Positions 26,301 to 38,736 of a DNA stretch of 64,000 nucleotides are shown in pieces. A program made the position numbers and the translations under genes. Source of the DNA: Anaeramoeba ignava BMAN (taxonomy: Eukaryota > Protista > Anaeramoebae). Below the pieces are notes generated by a model. That model was given only the letters and a program-made list of their open reading frames with translations, was not told the DNA's origin and searched no databases. Position 1 is the first letter of the stretch, and every line of letters begins with the position of its first letter. The stretch spans positions 1 to 64,000 of the forward strand of contig JAPDFW010000105.1 in the NCBI GenBank assembly GCA_028826165.1. Direction: 5' to 3'.

Positions 26301-29300
26301 AAGAAATTAAACAATTAAATGGAATTGAATTTATTCTTCAATCAATCCAAAAATTTCCTCAAAATCCAAATCTTCAACAAAAATTTTTCATAATTTTATG
26401 GAATGTTTCTTTTAATAATAAAAGTATATAAATCAAAAATAGAGAAAGAAAGAAAGAAATTAATTCTCATTTAAACTTCATTTTATAAATTTTTTTTCTC
26501 TTTCTTGTTAAAATTACAAATTAAAAAACAATCAGATGATAAAGAAAAACAATTAACAAATTGGAAATCTCAAAGAATTGAAATTATTATTCAAATCCTT
26601 AATAAATTTTTAAAAGAAGAAATTATCGAACAAGGATTTATTATTTTAGAAACACTTTCAGGAGGATTTAAAAGTAAATTTATTATTAAATTCTCAAATA
26701 AAAATTTATCCAAAAGAAATTAAATTAAATTCAAAAAAAAAAAGAGAAACAATTTGAAAAAAGAAAGAAAAAAGGAACAAAAATTGCAAATTTAAAAGGA
26801 ATAGAACCAATTATTAAAGCAATGAATAAATTTCCCAAAAATCAATTTATTCAAGAAAAATCATTATTATTATTAATTAATATCAATCTTGATCCAAGTA
26901 TTAAATTTTTAAAGAGAGAAAAAAGAGAAAAAAGAATTATTTTTTCATCTTCTAAAATCAAAATTATTCCTATTAATAATATAATATAGAAAATGGAGAT
27001 GAAATGCATGAATTAAAAGGAAATGAACGAATTTTGAAAGCAATGAACAATTTTCCAAATGAAGAAAGCATACAAGAAAAAGGATGTTGGATATTACAAA
27101 TATTCTTTTATGATCCAAGTATTCAATTATTTTTCTTTAATTTTCATTTTGATTTTAATCTTAATCTTTATCTTTTCTCGATAAACCCAAATAATAAATA
27201 GAAACTAGAAATGAAACAAAAAAAAAGAAAGAAATTGAAACAATTCTCAAAGCAATGAATAATTTTAAAGATAATAGAATTATTCAAAAGAATGGTATTG
27301 GGGCTTTGATGGTTATTGTTCTTGGAAGCAAAGGTAAAATAATTTGATTTAAAAATATTGATTTCAAAAATATTTATTTAAAAATATTCATTCAAAAATA
27401 TTGATTTAAAAATATTGATTTAAAAATATTAATTCAAAAATATTCATTCAAAAATATTAATTCAAAAATATTGATTTCAAAAATATTGATTCAAAAATAT
27501 TGATTCAAAAATATTGATTCAAAAATATTGATTTAAAAATATTAATTTAAAAATATTAATTTAAAAATATTCATTTAAAAATATTCATTTAAAAATATTC
27601 ATTTAAAAATATTCATTCAAAAAATATTGATTTAAAAATATTGATTTAAAAATATTGATTTAAAAATATTGATTTAAAAATATTCATTTAAAAATATTGA
27701 TTTAAAAATATTAATTTAAAAATATTCATTCAAAAATATTGATTTAAAAATATTCATTTAAAAATATTGATTTAAAAATATTCATTTAAAAATATTGATT
27801 TAAAAATATTGATTTAAAAATATTCATTTAAAAATATTCATTTAAAAATATTCATTCAAAAATATTTATTTAAAAATATTCATTTAAAAATATTAATTTA
27901 AAAATATTGATTTCAAAAATATTGATTTAAAAATATTTATTTAAAAATATTCATTTAAAAATATTGATTTCAAAATATTGATTTAAAAATATTCATTTAA
28001 AAATATTGATTTAAAAATATTGATTTAAAAATATTGATTCAAAAATATTCATTTAAAAATATTGATTTCAAAAATATTGATTCAAAAATATTCATTTAAA
28101 AATATTGATTTAAAAATATTCATTTAAAAATATTGATTTAAAAATATTGATTCAAAAATAATTTGATTCAAAAATATTCATTTAAAAATATTGATTCAAA
28201 AATATTGATTTAAAAATATTGATTCAAAAATATTGATTCAAAAATATTGATTTAAAAATATTGATTTAAAAATATTCATTTAAAAATATTAATTCAAAAA
28301 TATTGATTTAAAAATATTGATTTAAAAATATTCATTCAAAAATATTGATTCAAAAATATTCATTTAAAAATATTGATTTAAAAATATTCATTTAAAAATA
28401 TTAATTCAAAAATATTGATTTAAAAATATTTATTTAAAAATATTGATTCAAAAATATTGATTTAAAAATATTTATTTAAAAATATTGATTTAAAAATATT
28501 GATTTAAAAATATTGATTTAAAAATATTGATTTAAAAATATTCATTCAAAAATATTGATTTAAAAATATTGATTTAAAAATATTTATTTAAAAATATTGA
28601 TTTAAATGATTAATTTAATAAAATTATTTTCATTTTTTTGAAAAATCATAATTTAAAAATAGAAAATCAAAATGAAATTAGAAAGTTGAATGGAATTGAA
28701 ACAATTATCAAAGCAATGAATAAGTTCAAAGATAATAAGGATATCCAAAAGAATGGTATTGGGGCTTTGATGCATATTATTCTTGGAAGCAAAGGTAAAA
28801 TAAATTGATTCAAAAATATTGATTTCAAAATATTCATTTAAAAATATTGATTCAAAAATATTCATTTAAAAATATTGATTCAAATGATTAATTTAATAAT
28901 ATTATTTTCATTTTTTTGAAAAATCATAATTTAAAAATAGAAAACCGTAATGAAATTAGAAAGTTGAATGGAATTGAAACAATTATCAAAGCAATGAATA
29001 ATTTCAAAGATAATATAATTATTCAAGATTATGGATGTATATCTTTAGGAAATATTGTTCGAAAAAGCAAAGGTAAAATAAATTGATTTAAAAATATTGA
29101 TTCAAAAATATTGATTTAAAAATATTTATTTAAAAATATTGATTTAAAAATATTGATTTAAAAATATTGATTTAAAAATATTGATTTAAATGATTAATTT
29201 AATAAAATTATTTTCATTTTTTTGAAAAATCATAATTTAAAAATAGAAAATCAAAATGAAATTAGAAAGTTGAATGGAATTGAAACAATTATCAAAGCAA

Positions 29301-29584
29301 TGAATAAGTTCAAAGATAATAAGGATATCCAAAAGGATTGCTGTGCAACTTTTATTAATCTTTGTGATGAGAATAGAGGTAAAACAAACCAAAACCAAAA
29401 AACAAAACAAACAAAACAAACAAAACAAATTTTCCAATAATTTTTAATCATTTTAGATAATCGAACAAAAATCAAAAATCTTGGTGGATTTCAATTAGTT
29501 CAACAAGCATTAAATAAATTCTCACAAGATGGAAATTTTCAAAAAATTGCACAAGAAGCATTAGATGAACTTCAACTTCAATAA
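23400..29584 (+). CDS. BTB-like + armadillo (LRRK2-N-type) repeat protein, one repeat per exon
   Basis: Exon 1 is 23400-24671 (indel ~23722). Phase-1 repeat exons start at 24758, 24966, 25168, 25393, 25624, 25875, 26095, 26292, 26536, 26745, 26990, 27202, 28663, 28941, 29247; last exon 29457-29584. Repeat consensus ENQ.EI..L.GIE.IIKAMN.FP.N..IQE.G...L.N. Confidence 0.8.
27340..28605. repeat. 14-bp minisatellite (AAAAATATTGATTT-type) filling an ARM-gene intron
   Basis: Direct tandem repeat between donor 27334 and acceptor 28662. Confidence 0.9.
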
Positions 29585-29649
29585 TTTTTCTAAATTTCAT
29601 CAAAAAATCTTTTTTTTTTCTTTCAAATCTTAATAAAAAAGAAAAAATT

Positions 29650-29953
29650 CAGAAAAGAAAAACAATATAAATTTCCTAAATTAATATTAATAATGAGAAG
29701 TGAATTATATTGAGGAATGTTTTTATCTGTAACTGAAGATACTTCTAATAAAGTTACAGATTATAGTGAATTAAGTAATAAATCATTTCAAATATTTGAA
29801 TATTGGATTTATTCAAATCAAATTAAAGATGGAATTCAAATTACACAACAAATTATTAATGAAATTCAAATAGGAATTGATTATTTTCAATTAAATCAAA
29901 CAAATCCAAATTTATTTGATTTATTAATTAATAAAATTAAAAATCAAAATTAA
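29650..29953 (+). pseudogene. Orphan C-terminal BTB fragment of the RCC1-BTB family
   Basis: RKEKQYKFPKLILIMRSELY*GMFLSVT...; the paralog CGA codon is TGA here, and there is no upstream RCC1 part. Confidence 0.8.
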
Positions 29954-29954
29954 T

Positions 29955-30655
29955 AAAAAAATAAAAATAGATTTAATTTAATATTTAATTTATAAATTAA
30001 TTTGAAAATATAATTTAATATTTAATTTTATGTTTAAAATAATAATTTAATGTTTTAGATTTAAAGATTTTATTATTTAAAAATCAAAATTAATAAAAAT
30101 AAAAACAGATTTAATTTAATATTTAATTTATAAATTAATTTAAAAATATAATTTAATATTTAATTTTATTATTAAAATAATAATTTATTGTTTTAGATTT
30201 AAATATTTTATTATTTAAATATTTAACATATAAATATAAAAATAAAAATAGATTTAATTTAATATTTAATTTATAAATTAATTTAAAAATATAATTTAAT
30301 ATTTAATTTTTATGTTTAAAATAATAATTTAATGTTCTAGATTTAAATATTTTATTATTAAAATATTTAACATAAAAATATAAAAAAATAAGAATAGATT
30401 TAATTTAATATTTAATTTATAAATTAATTTAAAAATATAATTTAATATTTAATTTTATTATTAAAATAATAATTTATTGTTTTAGATTTAAATATTTTAT
30501 TATTTAAATATTTAACATATAAATATAAAAATAAGAATAGATTTAATTTAATATTTAATTTATAAATTAATTTAAAAATATAATTTAATATTTAATTTTA
30601 TGTTTAAAATAATAATTTATTGTTTTAGATTTAAATATTTTATTATTTAAAAATA
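29955..30655. repeat. AT-rich tandem repeat, ~120-140-bp unit
   Basis: Recurring ATAGATTTAATTTAATATTTAATTTATAAATTAATTTAAAAATATAA block, about 5 copies. Confidence 0.8.
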
Positions 30656-31050
30656 TTTTGAAAATTGATTTTTGAAATTAAAATTTTATCTTTTTTTTGA
30701 ATTAAATTGAATTAATATTAATTTGGAAATTTGTTTTTAAATTTAAATTTATTAATAATTTTTAAATTCCAAAAAAAAATTAAATTAAAAATTAAAATAA
30801 TTTTCCTTTTTTTTTTAATAAAAAAATTAATAAAAAATAATAATAATTTATTAATAAATTAATTTAAAATAATAAATTAAAAAGAAAATTAAATTAATTA
30901 TTAATTTAAATTTATTCTTATTTTTTATATTTTTATTTATTTTCAAAATCCACTTTTTTTATTTATTTTTTTTTATTTAAATTTTTTTTTTTCATTTTTT
31001 TCCTTTTTTTTCTTTTTCAAAAAACAAAAACAAAAACAACAAAAAACAAA

Positions 31051-34000
31051 ATGGATAATAATAATAATAATAATAACCAAATTGAAAATGAAAATCAAAA
31101 TGAAAATGAAAATGAAATGAAAAATTTAGAAAAAAAAGTAACAAAAAATTTAATTAAAGATTATTCAAACCTTTTAAATGGAAATTCAAATTCATTTAAA
31201 GATTTTTCAATTTTTGTTGAGAATGAACCAAATACTTTTGAAATTAAAGTTCATAAATCAATTTTATTTTCAAGATCTTCTTTTTTTAATAAGTTTTTAA
31301 GAGATAGAGATCAGATTAATAAGATTTTTTTAAGACAATTTAATAAAAGAGAAATGGAATCAATTTTGAGTTATATTTATTATGGAAATATTTCTTTTGA
31401 GAATCAAGAAAATCTTATCCAATTATTGGAAATTTCAATTTATTTTAAATTAAATTTATTGAAAGAAATTATTCAAAAAAAAATTTCAAATTCAATTAAT
31501 TATTCAAATTTTTTCCAATTTTTTTGGTAAAATTTTCGGCACTCCCAATTGGGAGATCATCCCAAAAAGTTTTGATTTGGGGGTTAAGCTTATTGAATTT
31601 TTGAAAAAATAAAAAACCCAAAATAAATCCCAAATTATTTTTCTTTTTGATTTTATTGATTAATTTGTTAGAAAAAATCAAAATTCTTCTCCCAAAAATG
31701 AAAAATTTTTTGGGATCAAAAAATTAAAATTAATCGAAAATGTGGGGAAGAGAAATTTGGATCTTCTCCCAAAAAAAATCAAAATTATGAAAAAAAATTT
31801 TCTGAATTATTGAAATGATTCAAACTCCTTTTTGATAGAATCAAAAGATAGAATTTTAGATAAATTGTAACTTTAAATTATTGATTTAAATAAGTCCTAA
31901 ATTTTTTAATTAATTCATGTTTTTTAGCAAGCGAAATGTTTTTGATTTGTCTTCTTTGCATCTCTTGATAAATCTTCTTCCTACTCAAATCAAAAATTGA
32001 ATCAGTATTCACTATCTTCTCCCAATCTATTTTATCGACTTTCTGGGAATCATTAAAGAATTTTTTCCCCATTTTTTGCGTGCTTTGTAATATAATATCG
32101 AATTTTTCATTTCCACAATCTTTTCTTTTTTTTGTTGAAGGGATATTAATATTTAATTGTTTGCTTGCATCCTTCTGTAGGAAATAACTAGAATAAATGT
32201 AAAAAAAACGATTATTGTCAGGTTTTTTTTTAGTTGAAAAGTTTTTGTTACTTCATTTTCGATTGGAAAGGAAGAGAATTGGATTCAATTTTTGGGCTGA
32301 TTAATTTCTCCTTTAAGCTTGGAATCAGTTTCAAAGATGAATCATTGTGGATATCCAAAATGTTAGGATTAGAATTTGAATTTGATTCTTTCTCAATTTT
32401 GACCTTTTCGGTGTTTGTTGATTCATTTGAATCCTAAAAAAAGATAAAATAATGGATGAGAAAAAAAGAGTAGAAATTAAATTTCGAAGGTTACAATAGA
32501 TTGAGTAAGGACATGCTTTTCTTTTGGACTCATAATCTGTATCGTTTGTTGATTTTTTTGAATTAAATTTAAAATTTGGTTTCCAGTTAATAAATTTTTT
32601 TCTTCTAACATGTACTCAAATTCCAATTTTAGATCCACTTTTTCTAACCATTGATATGTGAGAGAGTTTGGATCTAATGGATAAATATTTAATTGTTTTT
32701 GACTGCGAGAATCCCGATTCTCATCTAATTTTTTTCTCCATTTATTATCTTCCTCTTTGATAACTTGTAGAAATTCCATTAAAAGTGGCTTTTGATGGTT
32801 AACTAAATTATTCAGCGAACGATTATTTCTCTCTATTACATTATTAGTACGCTGTACAATTCCTTTAAAGAAATGAATATTCCATAAATTGGGAGGGAAA
32901 ATGGATAACCAAGTATGTTTAAAATAGTTCCAAAACAAGCTTTGGTTTGGGTATTTGGATTCCAATGTTTTGATTGTTGGTATTATCAGATTCGGTTCAA
33001 TTAGTGTGAGAACCTCAATTTCTAGCAGCAAACTTCCAGTGGAAGATTTCATAGTTTCATTCATTAGCCCTCTTTTTGTACACCATCGTTGAAGCGCTTG
33101 TTTAAAATGGAAGTAACACCCCACTAATTTGGAAGTGGGGAATACTTTACAAATAGCAGTTAACAAGCTTCTCTCGAAATCACAAGTAATGAATTTCGGA
33201 TTCCATTTGTTTTGAAGAAGTGTATTTTTAATGTATTCGAAACATTGAACATATAACTCCATTTGCTTCCCAGTCAAAAGAGCATATATACAAGGATAAT
33301 AAGTTTCAGTTTCTGAATCAAATCCCATTATCACAAGTAATTGTTTGAAGGGTTTGGGAGCAATTAAAAAGGTCCCATCAAAAAAAGATTGGGAATTTTG
33401 TAATAACAAACCTGACAATTTATCAGTTGTCCAAATAATAAATGATTCCTTTTTATTTCCTATCATTATGGAATTGGATCCTCTCCAAAAAATCAAACCA
33501 TCATCTGTTAAGGAAAAAGGGGGTTCTGTTAACATAAAGATTAGATCATAAGGGAAATGTAATTTTCTTTCTTTAGAAATTTGATTAATAATTGAGTTTT
33601 GTGATGGAAAAGATATGGGCAGATTTGTATCTTCTGATTTTTTTATCATTTTTTCTTTTACTTCCAGATATATTTGAGAAGGTGTTTTATAAAAGTTCAG
33701 TGTTTGCTTCAAAATTTCTTCTTGAAATTCATTCAGTAAGTTTTGCTTTTGCTTTTTCATTTTTTCTGCAAGGCATTCTGTAGAATGTTTCCCTCTCTCT
33801 CTATATTGTAAATCTATCGTAACGGTTAGAGTAGCAGGGCATCCTTTTCTGGAGCATGCGTAATAATTGGTACCTTTTTCAGTTTTATTTTTAGACCACC
33901 AAACAAATCCATTATAATTCATTGCAAAAATTAAAGAAAAAAATTTAATTTAATAAAATGGTAAAAAAAAAATGAAAGAGGCATCACTCGAACGTAAGAT

Positions 34001-35442
34001 TTTTTAAATGGATTTTTGCATTATTAACGGACTCTATTCGTTAACTATTAAAAAATATTTTATCAAAATTATTTTTTTTTCAATTCATTCTATTTAAAGA
34101 CCAATTAAGATTTTTCAGAAAAAAAAAAAAATTTTTTTAAAAAAATTAAATTTGGGATCTTTTGGGATCAAATAAAAATACAAAAGAAAAAACAATAATA
34201 TTTCTTCTTATTAGGAGATCATCCCAAATTGGGAGGCATTCCCAATTGGGATCGCCGAAAATTTTACCATTTTTTTTCCAAAATCGAAATTTAAATTCAA
34301 ATGAAATTGAAATGAAATGTTTTGAATTAATAAATCAAAATTTTTCCCAAATTCAGAATAATGAGAATTTATTCAATTTAACTAAAGAAGAAATTATCAA
34401 ATTTATTCAATTTAAACAAGAAAAAAAAGAAATTTTTCAATTTGATTTTTTTCAATTTTTGGATAATTGGATTGAAAAAAGAAATCAAAGATTAAAAGGA
34501 AAGAAAGAAAAAGAGAAAGAAAAAGAAAAGAAAAGATTATTTCATTCTTTTTCTTCATTATTTGATAAAGATTCAATTTCAAAACAAGATTTTGATAAAT
34601 TAAAACAATTTGATATTTTTCTTCCAAATTCTTTTTTAGTTGATATTCAAAACAAAGCTATTCAAACCAAAGATAAGCAAATTGCAAAGAATAAAAAAGA
34701 AAATCAACAAATGAAAATTGAAATTGAAGAGAAAGAAAAGGAAATTGAAGATAAAAACAAAAAGATTGAAGATAAAGACAAAGAAAATCAACAAATGAAA
34801 ATTGAAATTGAAGAGAAATGGAAGCAAGAAATTGAAAAAATGAAACCTATTTTTGATAAATATCAAGAACAATACAAAAAGGACTTTCCTCAATTTTCAG
34901 ATTCAGAAATTATTAAAGATATTGAATATGTTAAGAAATTACAAGAATGGATAAATGATAATGATTTTTTTTCTAAAATGAAAAAAGGATTTTCAGCAAA
35001 AAAAGATGGATTTGATTCTAAAAATTGGCATAAAGCATTTGATGGGAAAGGAAAAACATTAATTATTATCAAAACAAAAGATAATTTTATTTTTGGAGGT
35101 TTTACTCAAGTTGGATTTAAACACACACCAATGGGAGAATATATTCAAGATTCAAATGCATTTATTTTTTCATTAAGAAATGATAAAGGGAATAGAAATC
35201 CTGAAAAGTTTTCAATTAAAAAAGAAGAAGAAAAATATGCACTTTATTCTTATGCAAACGAAAGTATATGTTTTGGTCAAGATTTTATTTTACGTTCTAA
35301 TTTACAACCTGGTTATTCAGATTTTGGTAGTAGTTATAATCTACCTAATGGAATTAAATATGATACAGATGAAGCTCAAAGTTATTTAGCTGGTTCTTAT
35401 AAATCATGGGTTGTTGATGAAGTTGAAACTTATTTCATTTAA
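31051..35442 (+). CDS. BTB-(BACK-like)-coiled coil-TLDc protein, interrupted by a MULE insertion at 31526-34268
   Basis: 5' part has a BTB (FKDFSIFV..IKVHKSILFSRSSFF..ILSYIYYG); 3' part has a TLDc (DGFDSKNWH..GKGKTLIIIKT..IFGGFT..AFIFSL..VDEVETY). Removing the element and one TSD gives continuous NFFQFFFQNRNLNS. Confidence 0.88.
31526..34268. mobile_element. Mutator-like (MULE) DNA transposon, ~2.74 kb, apparently autonomous
   Basis: ~29-bp TIRs GGTAAAATTTTCGGC(AC/GA)TCCCAATTGGGA; 8-bp TSD ATTTTTTT at 31518-31525 and 34269-34276; internal transposase. Confidence 0.93.
31878..33922 (-). CDS. MULE-family DDE transposase (3 predicted exons, ~639 aa)
   Basis: N-terminal FLYWCH/WRKY-like zinc motif (YYACSRKGCPA..H..C), FFDGTF, TCDFE, GCYFHF, RTNNVIE. 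Exons 33922-32495, 32433-32252, 32187-31878 join in frame via GT-AG introns. Confidence 0.9.
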
Positions 35443-35629
35443 AAATTATTTTCCATTTTTTTTCAAAATTTAATTCAATTTTAATTTACTTTTAATCAAA
35501 TTAATTTCTTTAAATCAATAAATAAGAAACAAATTTAATTTTAAATAATTTAATTTTAATTTAAAATATTTATTAAAAATTTAATTAATAAATTTTGAAA
35601 ATTATCCAAAAAAAATAAAAATTGGAAAT

Positions 35630-37910
35630 AGAAATTATTTATTATTTATTTATAATTTATTTTAAAATATAATTTTATTAACATTTCCAAATTAATTTAT
35701 TATTTATTATTAATTAATTTTATAGATATTTATTAATTAAAATATTTTAATAAATTTATTTCATTATTTAATTAAGAAATTATTTATTATTTATTTATAA
35801 TTTATTTTAAAATATAATTTTATTAATATTTTTATTATTAAAATATTAATTTAATGCTTGAAATGTAGATATTTATTAATTAAAATATTTTAATAAATTT
35901 ATTTCAATAATTAATTAATAAATTATTTATTATTTATTTATAATTTGTTTTAAAATATAATTTTATCAATATTTCCAAATTAATATATTATTTATTATTA
36001 ATTAATTTTATAGATATTTATTAATTAAAATATTTTAATAAATTTATTTCAATAATTAATTAATAAATTATTTATTATTTATTTATAATTTATTTCAAAA
36101 TATAATTTTATTAATATTTCTAAATTAATATATTATTTATTATTAATTAATTTTATATATATTTATTAATTAAAATATTTTAATAAATTTATTTTAATAT
36201 TTAATTAATAAATTGTTTATTATTTATTTATAATTTATTTCAAAAATATAATTTTATTAACATTTCCAAATTAATTTATTATTGATTATTAATTAATTTT
36301 ATAGATATTAATTAATTAAAATATTTTAATAAATTTATTTCAATATTTAATTAATAAATTATTTATTATTTATTTATAATTTGTTTTAAAATATAATTTT
36401 TATTAATATTTCCATTATTAAAATATTAATTTAATGTTTGAGATGTAGATATTTATTAATTAAAATATTTTAATAAATTTATTTTATTATTTAATTAATA
36501 AATTATTTATTATTTATTTATAATTTATTTCAAAATATAATTTTATTAATATTTCCAAATTAATTTATTATTGATTATTATTCAATTTTATAGATATTTA
36601 TTAATTAAAATATTTTAATAAATTTATTTCATTATTTAATTAATAAATTGTTTACTATTTATTTATAATTTATTTTAAAATATAATTTTATTAATATTTT
36701 CAAATTAATTTATTATTTATTATTATTTAATTTTATAGATATTTATTAATTAAAATATTTTAATAAATTTATTTCATTATTTAATTAATAAATTATTTAT
36801 TATTTATTTATAATTTATTTTTAAAATATAATTTTTATTAATATTTTCATTATTAAAAATATTAATTTAATGTTTGAAATTTAGATATTTATTAATTAAA
36901 ATATTTTTAATAAATTTATTTCATTATTTAATTAATAAATTATTTATTATTTATTTATAATTTGTTTTAAAATATAATTTTATTAATATTTTTATTATTA
37001 AAATATTAATTTAATGTTTGAAATGTAGATATTTATTAATTAAAAATATTTTAATAAATTTATTTTAATATTTAATTAATAAATTATTTATTATTTATTT
37101 ATAAATTATTTTAAAATATAATTTTATTAACATTTTCAAATTAATTTATTATTGATTATTTTAATTTTTATATATTTATTAATTAAAATATTTTAATAAA
37201 TTTATTTTAATATTTAATTAATAAATTATTTATTATTTATTTATAATTTATTTTAAAATATAATTTTATTAATATTTTCAAATTAATTTATTATTTATTA
37301 TTAATTAATTTTATAGATATTTATTAATTAAAATATTTTAATAAATTTATTTCATTATTTAATTAATAAATTATTTATTATTTATTTATAATTTATTTCA
37401 AAAATATAATTTTATTAATATTTCCAAATTAATTTATTATTGATTATTAATTAATTTTATAGATATTTATTAATTAAAATATTTTAATAAATTTATTTTA
37501 ATATTTAATTAATAAATTATTTATTATTTATTTATAATTTATTTCAAAATATAATTTTATTAATATTTTCATTATTAAAATATTAATTTAATGTTTGAGA
37601 TATAGATATTTATTAGTTAAAATATTTTAATAAATTTATTTTATTATTTAATTAAATTATTTATTATTTATTTATAATTTATTTCAAAATATAATTTTAT
37701 TAATAATTTTATTATTAAAATATTAATTTAATGTTTGAGATGTAGATATTTATTAATTAAAATATTTTAATAAATTTATTTCATTATTTAATTAATAAAT
37801 TATTTATTATTTATTTATAATTTATTTTAAAATATAATTTTATTAATATTTTTATTATTAAAATATTAATTTAATGTTTGAAATGTAGATATTTATTAAT
37901 TAAAATATTT
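35630..37910. repeat. AT-rich tandem satellite, ~140-bp unit, ~16 copies, two sub-variants
   Basis: Recurring AGATATTTATTAATTAAAATATTTTAATAAATTTATTT block. Confidence 0.85.
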
Positions 37911-37930
37911 CTTTTAAAAATTTTCGAAAC

Positions 37931-37981
37931 AATATTATCCAATAAATTTTGAGAAAAAATCAAAAATTATTGGATAATATT
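37931..37981. promoter_or_regulatory. Inverted repeat carrying opposed CCAAT boxes upstream of H2B
   Basis: AATATTATCCAATAA (37931-37945) ... TTATTGGATAATATT (37967-37981), ~80 bp before the ATG. Confidence 0.5.
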
Positions 37982-38062
37982 TGATTAATTTTATTTAAAT
38001 AAAAAATATTTTTTTTTTTTTTCATTTTTTTTTTTTTTTATTTTTTTTTTAATTAATTAATT

Positions 38063-38530
38063 ATGTCAGAAACAGAAAAAAAAGAAGAAAAAATTACAAC
38101 TGATTCAGAAAAAGAACAACCAAAAGAAACAACAAAAAAAGGAAAAGGAAAAGGAAAAGGAAGAAGAACAACAAAAGCAAAAGGAAAAGGAAAACCAAAA
38201 AAAGAAAAGAAAGAAGGAGAAGAAGAAACAAAACAACAAAAAAAAAGAGTTGAAACATATTCATCATATATTTATCGAGTATTAAAACAAGTTCATCCAG
38301 ATGTTGGAATTTCAAATAAAGCAATGATTATTATGAATTCATTTGTTAGTGATTGTTTTGATAGATTTGCATTAGAAGCAGCTGAATTATCAAGATTAGG
38401 AGGAAAAGGAACAATTACAAGTAGAGATATTCAAGGTGCTGCTAGATTATTATTACCTGGTGAATTAGCAAGACATGCAGTTTCAGAAGGAACAAAAGCT
38501 GTTACAAGATATTCAAATGCAGTTAAATAA
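38063..38530 (+). CDS. H2B: Histone H2B
   Basis: [50 protein letters not shown]. Confidence 0.97.
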   Translation: MSETEKKEEKITTDSEKEQPKETTKKGKGKGKGRRTTKAKGKGKPKKEKKEGEEETKQQKKRVETYSSYIYRVLKQVHPDVGISNKAMIIMNSFVSDCFDRFALEAAELSRLGGKGTITSRDIQGAARLLLPGELARHAVSEGTKAVTRYSNAVK

Positions 38531-38736
38531 ATAAAACAATTCAAATTCAAATTCAAATTTATTTTTTTTAATTTTTTAATTCAAAAAAATTTTTTTTGTT
38601 CCACTTTTTTTTCATTTTTTAATTTTGAAATAAAAAGAAAAACAAATTTAATTTTTAATTTTTTAATTTTAATTTTTTTAATTACAAAATTATAATTAAA
38701 AAAAAAAGTTTTTATTTTTTAATTTGTTTTTTTAAT

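Noticed and set aside
34162-34268. N-terminus of ORF 34162-35442 as a genuine gene start
   Set aside because: It lies within the transposon's right end; the true start is 31051
35630-37910. Regular repeats as a possible CRISPR array
   Set aside because: Whole units repeat with no unique spacers, no cas genes, eukaryotic context
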